A DNA stretch of 64,000 bases from an uncultured delta proteobacterium (GTDB taxonomy: Bacteria; Myxococcota; Kuafuiibacteriia; Kuafuiibacteriales; Kuafuiibacteriaceae): NCBI GenBank assembly GCA_963803435.1, contig CAWDML010000007.1, positions 384,001 through 448,000 on the forward strand. The letters are read 5' to 3'. This document shows positions 1 to 8,689 of this stretch, piece after piece; positions within the stretch are counted from its first letter, which is position 1; the number at the start of each line of letters is the position of its first letter. Position numbers and translations under genes: made by a program. The notes beneath the pieces were generated by a model that saw nothing but the letters and a program-made list of their open reading frames with translations, was not told the DNA's origin and searched no databases.

Positions 1-630
1 CTCTGTGCGCAGCTCCCGAAGCCCGACTATCTCGTCATCTATCACTGCGACACCGCCGTCGCGCCGCTCGATCTCTATCGCTCTTTGGCGATCGAGCTCG
101 GCGTCCGCCCGTCGCATCGGCGCGCCCAGCTGTGGGCCGACATCAAGAAGGCGCTCCTCCACATGGTCGACGAGCGAAACACCGCGCCGATCGTCGTCAT
201 CGACGAGGCCCAGCACCTCACTGATCGATTCCTCATCGATCTGTCCGGCTTCCTCAACTTCGCCTTCGACAGCCGCGACATCCTCACCATGTGGTTGGTG
301 GGGCTCCCGCAGCTCAGCCGCCACCTCCAGATGCAGCAACACGCGCCGCTCGCGATGCGCATCGCCGCGCGCGTACACATGGAGCCCTGGGCGGACCGCG
401 AAGCCTTCACCGCCGTGATCCACCAGAGCATAGAGGCCGTCGGAGGCAAGAAGAAGATCCTCAGCGACCCCGCCATGGAAATGCTCTTTCGGAGCAGCCG
501 CGGGCTCCTTCGCGTCGCCGCCCAGCTGCTGCGCGAGGCGCTCCGCGTCGCGCACGAGCGCGATCAGGACTTCGTGGACGAGCACGTGATGGAGGAGGCC
601 GTCGACAACGTCCTCGCGCCGGCGCCATGA
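1..630 (+). CDS. ExeA/TniB-like AAA ATPase (transposon-associated type), N-terminus outside window
   Basis: Frame 1 open from base 1; Walker B IVVIDEAQHL, 'FLNFAFDSRD..LWLVGLPQL', SRGLLR sensor region; stop overlaps next ATG (ATGA at 627-630). Confidence 0.8.
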   Translation, partial: LCAQLPKPDYLVIYHCDTAVAPLDLYRSLAIELGVRPSHRRAQLWADIKKALLHMVDERNTAPIVVIDEAQHLTDRFLIDLSGFLNFAFDSRDILTMWLVGLPQLSRHLQMQQHAPLAMRIAARVHMEPWADREAFTAVIHQSIEAVGGKKKILSDPAMEMLFRSSRGLLRVAAQLLREALRVAHERDQDFVDEHVMEEAVDNVLAPAP

Positions 631-1652
631 GCACCGCACCCCTCCCGGTATGCCCGGTCGGCGAGCTCGACCCTCCCAGCGACGAGGAGCGTTGGCTCGT
701 CGAGCCGCTGTGGACGCGCGCGGCCGTCGGATTCATTGGCGGCGTCCCCAAGCTCGGGAAGACATGGCTCGGCCTCGACCTCGCGCTGTCCGTCGCAACG
801 AGCACGCCCTGTCTCGGCCGCTACGTCGTCAAGGATCCCGGGCGCGCGCTCGTGTATCTCGCCGAGGATCACACCTCGCTGGTACGGCAGCGTCTCGAGG
901 GGCTCTGCCGCCTCCGCGGCCTCGACATCACCAAGGTCGAGGTCGACGTGATCACCGCTCCGAGCCTCCGCCTCGACCTGCCGCGCGACCAGGAGCGCTT
1001 GCTCGAGACGGTGCGGCAGCGCCGCCCCCGTGTCGTGCTCCTGGATCCGCTCGTCCGCCTGCATCGCGTGGACGAGAACAGCGCCGGCGATGTCTCCGGC
1101 CTGCTCGCGTTTCTCCGCGATCTCCAGCGCGCTTGTGACGTCGCAGTCGTCCTCGTCCACCACATGCGAAAGACCGGCGGCGCTTCGGGGCAGTCGCTCC
1201 GCGGCTCGGGAGACTTCCACGCTTGGATTGATTCCGGCTGCTATCTGCGCCGCACCCGCGAGGGTGTCGTGCTTCGTGTCGAGCATCGATCGGCGCCATC
1301 GCCCGATCCGATCCTGCTCGAGCTCACCTCTGACGATGACGGCGAGAACACCCGGCTTGAAGTCGTGAACGCCAGCGATGATGCGCCGCCTTCAGCAGCG
1401 CCCATCGTCTTGCGGCTCGCCGACAGAATCCTCGATGCGCTCGGCGCCGCGGGCGGACCGATGACGAAGGCGGCGCTGCGGAAGGCGTTACAGATCAACA
1501 ACCAGCGCCTCGGCGACGAGCTCGCGAGCCTCGAGGCACAATCACGCGTCGTGCACGGAGCCGCCGGCTGGGATCTCGAGCGTTCCAGCGGAGGCGTTCC
1601 GCGAAAACCCACAGAGCGCCGGAACGGAACGCCGGAACGGTCCTCGTACTGA
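627..1652 (+). CDS. AAA_25 / RepA-like (RecA-fold helicase-like) ATPase with probable C-terminal wHTH
   Basis: MSTAPLP..; WLVEPLW, Walker A GGVPKLGKT, YLAED, LLDPL, VLVHHMRK, LRGSGDFHAW. Confidence 0.8.
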   Translation: MSTAPLPVCPVGELDPPSDEERWLVEPLWTRAAVGFIGGVPKLGKTWLGLDLALSVATSTPCLGRYVVKDPGRALVYLAEDHTSLVRQRLEGLCRLRGLDITKVEVDVITAPSLRLDLPRDQERLLETVRQRRPRVVLLDPLVRLHRVDENSAGDVSGLLAFLRDLQRACDVAVVLVHHMRKTGGASGQSLRGSGDFHAWIDSGCYLRRTREGVVLRVEHRSAPSPDPILLELTSDDDGENTRLEVVNASDDAPPSAAPIVLRLADRILDALGAAGGPMTKAALRKALQINNQRLGDELASLEAQSRVVHGAAGWDLERSSGGVPRKPTERRNGTPERSSY

Positions 1653-1768
1653 TCATCGATTCGGCCGGCAGGGCGTGGCCAACAAACTCGGGCAACGGTG
1701 GCGACCGACCCGGACCCAAACCGGATGCGCCCTGCCGGCCGTCCCCCGTCGACCGGCCATCCGGGAGG

Positions 1769-1866
1769 GGACAAACGCAGTCAACGAGTCAGCGGGTCGG
1801 CCGGACGAAGCTCATGTCCTCACGAGACTCCGGGACAAAGCTCCGTTAGCAGTGCGGGCTGGTACA
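1769..1866. mobile_element. Putative right end of the transposon carrying the ExeA/AAA_25 genes
   Basis: Three spaced repeats GGACAAACGC (1769), GGACGAAGCTC (1803), GGACAAAGCTC (1833), then ...GGTACA ending 1866 (TGTACC on minus strand, a TGT-type end). Confidence 0.45.
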
Positions 1867-1980
1867 TCGGTCGTCGCTCGTCGATACAGATCGGTCGACG
1901 TCCTCCGGCATCCGTGCGGCGTGAATCGTTTCTCTATCTGCGCGACCGTGAGGATGTCCTCGAACGGTTTGGTCAGCACC

Positions 1981-2029
1981 TGTGGGTTCGAAATTCTGGC
2001 CGGTCCCGTTCCGGAAATTCTGGCCGGTC
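1981..2029 (+). repeat. IS21-type left end with tandem transposase-binding repeats
   Basis: Starts TG; GAAATTCTGGCCGGTC twice (1990-2005, 2014-2029), just upstream of an istA remnant. Confidence 0.65.
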
Positions 2030-2104
2030 ACCGTCGGCGCCTGAGGCCCCGTCGGGTAAGCCAGACGCCACGGAAGCCCCGAAGGGCGCCGGGCGAGGAA
2101 AGGG

Positions 2105-2622
2105 ATGTACGGATTGATGAAGCGCCATGACGTTCAGGTGCTCCGCCGCGCGGGGCATAAGCAAAGGGAAGTTGCGGATTCGGGGCGAACGGTACGCCGT
2201 GTCGAGGCGGAGGATCCGGTCGAGGGCGGCATCGTGGACGACGCCACGGAGCGCTCCCGGCGCCGAGTGGGCCGACCGTCGCGCTGAAGTGGAAGAAAGA
2301 TGGGACCGTGACCGAGTGGAACAGCACGTTCATCCAGGTCATGACGGTGGGCGTTGGCGCCGAGGTCTGCTGGCCGTACCGGGGCCAGGAGAAGGGGGCT
2401 GTCGAGAATCTCGTCGGCTGGGTGAAGGGGTCGTTCTTCAAGCAGCGCCGATTCCTCGACAAGGACGATCTCCTGCAGCAGCTCGCCGAGTGGCAGGGCG
2501 CGGTGAACACCGAGATCCGCTCCCGCGCGACCGGACGCCGTTCTCAACGCGCAAGCAGCGGTTCTCGCCGGGGACGATCAAACGGCGAAGACGACCCATC
2601 TCGCGGTGAAGCGATCGGCTGA
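2105..2622 (+). pseudogene. istA: IS21-family transposase (istA) remnant, internally deleted/frameshifted
   Basis: N-terminal HTH fragment (MYGLMKRHDVQVLRRAGHKQREVA) and integrase-core fragment CWPYRGQEKGAVENLVGWVKGSFF in different frames. Confidence 0.7.
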
Positions 2623-2957
2623 GCAAGCGCTGCTCGTCAAGCAGCGCTACCTCGAGGTCTCCGGCGGAATCCTTCGGGCCATTTCGAAGTTTGATTAGTT
2701 GACTGCGTCCCCCCCGTTGAGAGCGGCGCCTCGGAGCTGCGCAAGTTACCTTGCACCTCGCGATTAATGCCGTCCGATCTCCGTAAGCTGCATCGACGTG
2801 CCGCGAGGTACGCAGAGAGCGGAGACTGTGGCCCTGTACTAGCGGACACCCGCGTGCAGGATGCGTCCTTCGCGCCCCTCGCATCAGCATTCTGAGCTCG
2901 GTCCAAAGCGATGCCGGGCATCGGGATGAGGGACTTGCTCGTGGTATCCGTTCGCGC

Positions 2958-3962
2958 ATGGGGTACAAACAGTTTCTGCGCAGCGTCGAGGCCGCTCAGC
3001 GGCGGCAGGAACGCGAAGCGCTTCGTCGCCATCGAGAATTGGTCAAACACATTGCGAGCCAAAACAAGGAGGCCGAGAAGCAGCGCGCGGCTGATGAGGT
3101 CGCGATGTTCGAGAACTACCTCGAGGTTCTCGTTTCGGTTCACAAGGATTGTGGCGACACCTGGGATTGGCAATCTCTGTCGACTGCTCCCCCGCCCATC
3201 GCTCCCTCGCGCACCACGGCTCGGGAGGATGCTGCGCGAGATAAGCTTTCGTTCTATCAGCCCGGATTCTTCGAAAAGCTCTTCGGCAAGGCGAAGAAGA
3301 GACAGGCCGAACTCGAAGCAACTGTCGAACAGGCAACAGCGCAGGACCGGCGGCAGAACGAGCACGCGCTCGCCCAGCATCAGCACGCGAATGCGCTCTG
3401 GCAGATCCGTCGGGAGATCGGGGCGGGAGTCCTGCGCAATGATCCCGCCGCCTATAAGAAGGCACTCAAGCACCTGGATCCGTTCTCCGAGTTGGTTGCG
3501 TTCAAGACGCGCATCGAGGTCGAAGCGATCGATGGCGACGTCGTTTCGTTGAGCTGCTTCCTCGAAGACGAAGAGCTCGTCCCGAAGGAGGAGCTCAAGC
3601 TGACAGCGGGCGGGAAGATGTCGACGAAGCAGATGGCTGCCGGAAAATACTGGGCACTCCACCAAGACTTCGTTTGCTCGTGTGCGCTGCGTGCGGCCAG
3701 AGAAACCTTCGCCACCTTGCCGATCTCCAGAGTCATCGTGAACGTCCGCGCGACTCGGTTGGACACGAGCACCGGACATCATCGTGCAACCACGCTGCTC
3801 GCCGTCCACTTCGCGCGACCGGATCTTGCTCGTCTCGACATGGATGCGATCGACCCGTCCGATTCGATGAAGAACTTTCCACACCGCATGAAGTTCAAGA
3901 AGTCCACCGGCTTCGAACCCGTCGAAGACATCACCGTCGACGAACAGTGGGTAACGACATGA
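2958..3962 (+). CDS. Hypothetical protein: coiled-coil N-terminus plus conserved-looking alpha/beta C-terminus (resembles non-catalytic parts of DUF4236 / Mrr-associated proteins)
   Basis: 334-aa ORF; 'YWALHQDFVCSCALRAARETFATLPISRVIVN'; ATGA overlap with next gene. Confidence 0.7.
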   Translation: MGYKQFLRSVEAAQRRQEREALRRHRELVKHIASQNKEAEKQRAADEVAMFENYLEVLVSVHKDCGDTWDWQSLSTAPPPIAPSRTTAREDAARDKLSFYQPGFFEKLFGKAKKRQAELEATVEQATAQDRRQNEHALAQHQHANALWQIRREIGAGVLRNDPAAYKKALKHLDPFSELVAFKTRIEVEAIDGDVVSLSCFLEDEELVPKEELKLTAGGKMSTKQMAAGKYWALHQDFVCSCALRAARETFATLPISRVIVNVRATRLDTSTGHHRATTLLAVHFARPDLARLDMDAIDPSDSMKNFPHRMKFKKSTGFEPVEDITVDEQWVTT

Positions 3963-4764
3963 GCGCTCCTGCTGGCTGGTATGCGGATCCGCAGAACCCG
4001 GCGTACGTGCGCTGGTGGGACGGACGCATGTGGACGGATCAGGTTCGGCCGACTCCGGCGGCGGCGCCGCCAGCGACTCAAGCATCTTACGGTGGAGCCA
4101 ATTCGAATTCGAGGGGCCAGGCGCAGCTCGAATTGAACGACCTGATCCAAAGGGTCGACGCTCTGCGGACAGAACACGAGACGTTGCACGCCTCGAGAAG
4201 GAGAAGGCACACTACGAGTCGGCTGCTCGCGCACTCCTCGAAAAGGGCGACGCCGCTGCTGCGGCCGAGGCGCAGGCCCACATCGAGGAGCTCCAGCAAG
4301 CGATCGACGGTGTCGTCGCCCGTGCCGCCAATATTCGCGCGGGCTACGTCTACGTGATTTCTAACATCGGCTCGTTCGGCGAGACCGTGGTGAAGATCGG
4401 ACTCACGCGACGGCTCGAACCAATGGAGCGTGTCCACGAGCTGGGCGATGCATCGGTTCCATTCCGTTTCGATGTGCACGCGCTCGTGTTCAGCGACGAC
4501 GCGGTGGGTCTGGAAGCAGCTCTTCACCAGAAGTTTGCCGATCGACGAGTCAACATGGTCAATGCACGTCGGGAGTTCTTCTACATCTCGCCCCACGACG
4601 TCAAAGAGGCGCTGCTCCACCTGCGGGGCGATCTCCTCTCGTTCGTCGAGGCGCCGGAGGCTCTGGAGTGGCACCAGAGCCAGAACACGCGGCGCGCCGC
4701 CACCGGCCTGGCGACACCGCTGCCGTCTGATCGTTCGCCAGTTTCGACCTCCACGCCAAGTTGA
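3959..4764 (+). pseudogene. DUF2510 + T5orf172/GIY-YIG nuclease (DUF4041/PD-Lambda-1-like), middle deleted with frameshift near 4190
   Basis: PAGWYADP...RWWDG..WT (DUF2510) in one frame; RAGYVYVISNIGSFGE.VVKIGLTRRLEPMERVHELGDASVPF.FDVHA...REFF in another. Confidence 0.8.
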
Positions 4765-4922
4765 ATTCGCGCGGCGGCTCCTTCTACAGGTGTTGTGTTC
4801 GAGACCAAACCAAATGACGATTGGGATCAGCGGACGCGAGGGAAAATGACGACCATCCACCAAAGCTCGATGAGATCGCCGGTTGCTTGAAGCTCGCGGC
4901 GACGCTCGTCGATCAGGCTGCG

Positions 4923-5162
4923 TCACTCGCGCGCGACGGAACCACTGGTCTTCCTGAAGGCGGCACGACGCGCCTCGAGCAGCGCCAGGAGCTCCCGCAG
5001 CAACCCGGCGACGTCTTTCGACGTCCGCGACCGCTTCACGCCTGGCAGCACCTCGGCCTTGCTGTAGCGCCGCCGCAGGTGGACGACGCCGGCCTCGGGG
5101 TCGAGGTCCTCCCACCGGACAGTCGACATGCGAGCGCCGGTGGTCACGTGGAACAGGATCAT
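4923..5162 (-). pseudogene. Tyrosine recombinase/integrase fragment
   Basis: TTGARMSTVRWEDLD..GVVHLRR resembles integrase box I; HxxR and Tyr region absent. Confidence 0.5.
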
Positions 5163-5192
5163 CCGTCGTGCTCGCGTCCCCCCTGAAACGGC

Positions 5193-5396
5193 TCAGCTGC
5201 GGACCAAGGCGGCAGCCAGCAGGATCGGCGCCGCGATCACCGCCGCGAAGTAGGCGAGCACGTAGGACGCGCCCAGGAGGAGCTCGGGCTCACCGACGGC
5301 ATTGCCAGCGAGGAAGCGGGTGGCCTCGGCGCCGCCGAGCACTCCGAGCACGAGCCAGAGCAGGATGATCAGCGAGGCCGCCGTCAGCATCTTCAT
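5193..5396 (-). CDS. Small two-TM membrane protein
   Basis: MKMLTAASLIILLW...; two hydrophobic segments; start overlaps upstream stop. Confidence 0.65.
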   Translation of the reverse strand: MKMLTAASLIILLWLVLGVLGGAEATRFLAGNAVGEPELLLGASYVLAYFAAVIAAPILLAAALVRS

Positions 5397-6523
5397 GACC
5401 GGTCCTCCACCGCACGCCACAGCGGACCTTGGACGAGGGCGTAGAGCATGACCGCGTCACCGACCGTGTTGCTCGCTCGATAGCGGCGCCCGGCCTCCGT
5501 CTGTACGGGAAAGGCGGCCAGCTCGAGGCTGGTGAGCAGGCGCTCGAGGGTCGCGCGATCACCAAAGGCGGCCGCGCCCAGGATCGCCATGCCGCTCGCG
5601 CCCGCGTTCGCGCCCAGGATGGGGATGGTCGGCCCCGAGTCGACGTCGGCAGGTCCGGTCCAGGAGGCCGGCCATTCCCGAGCGTAGCCGAAGCCGAGCA
5701 CGTCGCGGACCAGCCCCTCCTTGGCGCGCACCCACTGATCGCGGGCGAGCTCCGGATCGAGGATCTGCAGCATGTGGGCGACCATGAAGATGCTCGAGCC
5801 CTCGGGCCCGTCCCGGTGCTGGCCGTCGAGGTGATAGCTCGAGATCAACAGCCCGGTGGTGGGGTCCGTCAGCGTGCTCTTCGCGGTGGCGAGCCACTCG
5901 GCGATCAGCGCGGAGTGGTCGGAGCGATCGAGGACATCGGACAGGCGCAGGGAGGCCAGCGCGATGGCATTGCAGAAGGTCCAGGCCTCGTCGGGGTAGC
6001 TCTCGCCGGAGCGCGTGGGGCTCCGCTCGAGACGCTCGACGATCTGGGCCGCGCGGAGCCGGTGAAGGGCCGCGTAGCGCTCGTCGTCGCGCACCATCCT
6101 GCGGGCGCCCAGCATCAACGCGATCTCCCCGTCGATGAAGGTGCTCCGGGCCGGCTGTTCGATGAACTCGGCGCTGCGGGCGTAGGGCATCAGGAAGAAG
6201 TACATTCCGTGCTCGGCCTCGGCGGTGAGCGTGGCGTCGATCAGTCGATCGATCTGGGCGAGGTAGGTCGCCTGGCGCTCCGGATGGGCGAGCGCGAGGT
6301 TCGCGAAGGCGAGCACCAGATAGGTGCGCGCCATGAAGTCCCACTCGGCGTTGGTCGCGCGCATCTCGGCGAGGGCTTCGGTCGCGATGGAGCGGGCCTC
6401 GAGACCGCGAGCCAGCGCCGCCGGATCGGGCCGGAACCACAGGTGGAGGCTGGGGAGCCACAGGGCCGCTGCCACCACCAGCGCGGCCGTCTTTCGCATC
6501 GACATGGGTCCCATTGTTCCCAC
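5393..6523 (-). CDS. Linalool dehydratase/isomerase-like (alpha/alpha)6 barrel protein with N-terminal membrane anchor
   Basis: ESYPDEAWTFCN, DPTTGL, DVDSGP motifs; start could be 6506-6523. Confidence 0.55.
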   Translation of the reverse strand: MGTMGPMSMRKTAALVVAAALWLPSLHLWFRPDPAALARGLEARSIATEALAEMRATNAEWDFMARTYLVLAFANLALAHPERQATYLAQIDRLIDATLTAEAEHGMYFFLMPYARSAEFIEQPARSTFIDGEIALMLGARRMVRDDERYAALHRLRAAQIVERLERSPTRSGESYPDEAWTFCNAIALASLRLSDVLDRSDHSALIAEWLATAKSTLTDPTTGLLISSYHLDGQHRDGPEGSSIFMVAHMLQILDPELARDQWVRAKEGLVRDVLGFGYAREWPASWTGPADVDSGPTIPILGANAGASGMAILGAAAFGDRATLERLLTSLELAAFPVQTEAGRRYRASNTVGDAVMLYALVQGPLWRAVEDRS

Positions 6524-6739
6524 CGAGATGGCGGACTGATGGCAAGCGTCGGGAACGATCGAGGCTCTCAGTCGGAGATCGGGGAAAGGCCGGCGCGACG
6601 GCCAGGAAGAGCTCGTGACCGAGCGAGCTCAGGCCCGCCAATCCCTCGGGGGCCCGACCGGCCTGCACCAGCATCTGGTCGCGCGTGCGCACGGTGTCGG
6701 CGCGCACTCCGCGCGCGGATCGCTGGCCCGCGCCGGGGA

Positions 6740-8566
6740 TCAGATCGACTCGAGATAGGCGATGAGATCCGCGATCTGGTCCTGGCTCAGCCCGGAGGTC
6801 TGTCCGTGTGCGTCTCCGCCGCCGCAGGTCGGATCAAAGCGATCGCTCAGCGTCTCGGCACAGCCGCTGTGCATGACGGGCATTCGATGGGAGACCCCGA
6901 GCAGCGACGGTACCTGGAACGCGCCGCCGGTGCCCACGTTGACGTTGGCGTTGTTGGTGAACGCGAGCCCCGAGTGGCAGGTGCTGCACGCGATGAGCGG
7001 ATCATGAAAGAGCTCGCGCCCACGGGCGATCGCGTCGGCGTCGCCATCGCTGGGGCTCGGCCAGGGCGGGATCGAGAATACCCAGTGCGAAAACGTCTCG
7101 ACCTGGGCGCTCGAGAGCCTGGGGCCGAGCATCCGGCCCGTGAACACCTCGTCGGCGAGATCCGCGAAGGTGGGGATGTCGCCGTCCCAGTGGAAGGGCT
7201 CGGTGCCCGCGATGCCGATCCGCATGCTCTGGGTTCGTCGCGGGCCGACATCGGTGAACACCCAGAGGTGGCCGTCGTCGGCGCCCTCGGGATGACACGA
7301 AGCGCACGCGATGTTGGCGCCCGCGTTGCGATGGAAGAGCGCGTGGCCGAGGTCGGCCATGGGTTGGTCCTCGGGCAGCGACAGATCGATCTCGCCGAGA
7401 TCGTCGACGAGCCTCGGAGGCTCGCGAACCTGGATGACCAGGCGGTCGTCGCCTGGACCAACGATCACGGAGGTCGCTTCGCTGCCCGCTGCGGGCCCAA
7501 ACCGATCGACCGGCACGCAGTCGAAGGTGTCGGTCCGACTGTAGACGGGCGCGCCGGGTAGAACGCTCGCGTTGCCAGCGGAGGCGACGTAGATGCGCTG
7601 TCCATCCTCCGAGAGCGCCAGATCGACCGCCAAGACGGCGAACGAGAGCGTGCTCGCGGGCGGAGTCACTCCCTCGCCGACGAAGCTGATCGCCGCGCGG
7701 ACCATGGGCGAGTCGCACGGATCGGCTCCGCCCCCGTAGGAGCCCACGTTGACGCCCTCTTCGTCCGGGCCAACCGCGACCGGCGTGACTCTCGCCAGCT
7801 GGTGGAGGACGGCCACCCCTCCGGTCGGCGAGGCGACCATTCGCCAGGCAACCTCGGGCTCCATGCCGAAGGCAATCGAGACCAGCGGATAGGTCCGGAA
7901 GCTCCCGTCCGGCGCCACACTCAGCACCTCGGCGGCGCGGAAGCGGCTGACCCAGATCCGATCGCCTTCCACCACGACATCGCGGAGATCGGGGCGCAGC
8001 TGAAGCCGGCGCGTCGGCGCTCCACCTCCGGCCGGGAGGGTGATCAGCCAGCCCGCCTCACAGGCCACGTAGAGATCGTCCGTGGCTGCGTCGTAGGCGA
8101 CGCCGCGCGGCGCGGTGCAGACGCTCCGCCGATCGATGATCTCGCCGCGGTCCACGTCGATGGTCACCAGCTCGCCGCGACCTCGGGCGACCACGTGCAC
8201 CCGACGCTCCCCGTCCTCGATGGCGCGCCCAGGCTCATCGTGCGGATTCAGCACGACCGTGTGCAGCACGCGCCGCGTGTCGAGGTCGACCACCGAGACC
8301 CGATCCCGATCGGGATCCGCAGCGATCGCGGTATGCCTGTCCCCGAGGAGCAGCAGCGTTCCTCCGCTGATCGGGAGAGGTGGGATCTCCGACTCGACGA
8401 AGGGACCGAAGTCGAGCCCGGCGCGCACCCCGGCATCGCCATCGAAGGACTCCGGGGGGAGGCCCGGGCCGATGATTCCGCCGTCCGGTATGAGCGCGCG
8501 CGTGGACTTGCCGTGGCAGGCCACCAGGCAGAGTGCGCCAGGGAGGAGCAACGGGAGACACTTCAT
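6740..8566 (-). CDS. Lipoprotein: YVTN-like beta-propeller plus di-heme cytochrome c (peroxidase/MauG-like) domain
   Basis: Lipobox LVAC; CASCH and CSTCH; PFHWDG and VPSLLG..P.MHSG. Confidence 0.8.
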   Translation of the reverse strand: MKCLPLLLPGALCLVACHGKSTRALIPDGGIIGPGLPPESFDGDAGVRAGLDFGPFVESEIPPLPISGGTLLLLGDRHTAIAADPDRDRVSVVDLDTRRVLHTVVLNPHDEPGRAIEDGERRVHVVARGRGELVTIDVDRGEIIDRRSVCTAPRGVAYDAATDDLYVACEAGWLITLPAGGGAPTRRLQLRPDLRDVVVEGDRIWVSRFRAAEVLSVAPDGSFRTYPLVSIAFGMEPEVAWRMVASPTGGVAVLHQLARVTPVAVGPDEEGVNVGSYGGGADPCDSPMVRAAISFVGEGVTPPASTLSFAVLAVDLALSEDGQRIYVASAGNASVLPGAPVYSRTDTFDCVPVDRFGPAAGSEATSVIVGPGDDRLVIQVREPPRLVDDLGEIDLSLPEDQPMADLGHALFHRNAGANIACASCHPEGADDGHLWVFTDVGPRRTQSMRIGIAGTEPFHWDGDIPTFADLADEVFTGRMLGPRLSSAQVETFSHWVFSIPPWPSPSDGDADAIARGRELFHDPLIACSTCHSGLAFTNNANVNVGTGGAFQVPSLLGVSHRMPVMHSGCAETLSDRFDPTCGGGDAHGQTSGLSQDQIADLIAYLESI

Positions 8567-8689
8567 GGGTGTCCGACCTTACTGCGGGCGGCGCGCGATT
8601 GGCGAGGCCCCCATACCTCAGGCCAGGTGGTGACTCTCATCGCATACTCACACCATGGATCGGCGACCGGCCGAAGGGGTCGGTGGTCA

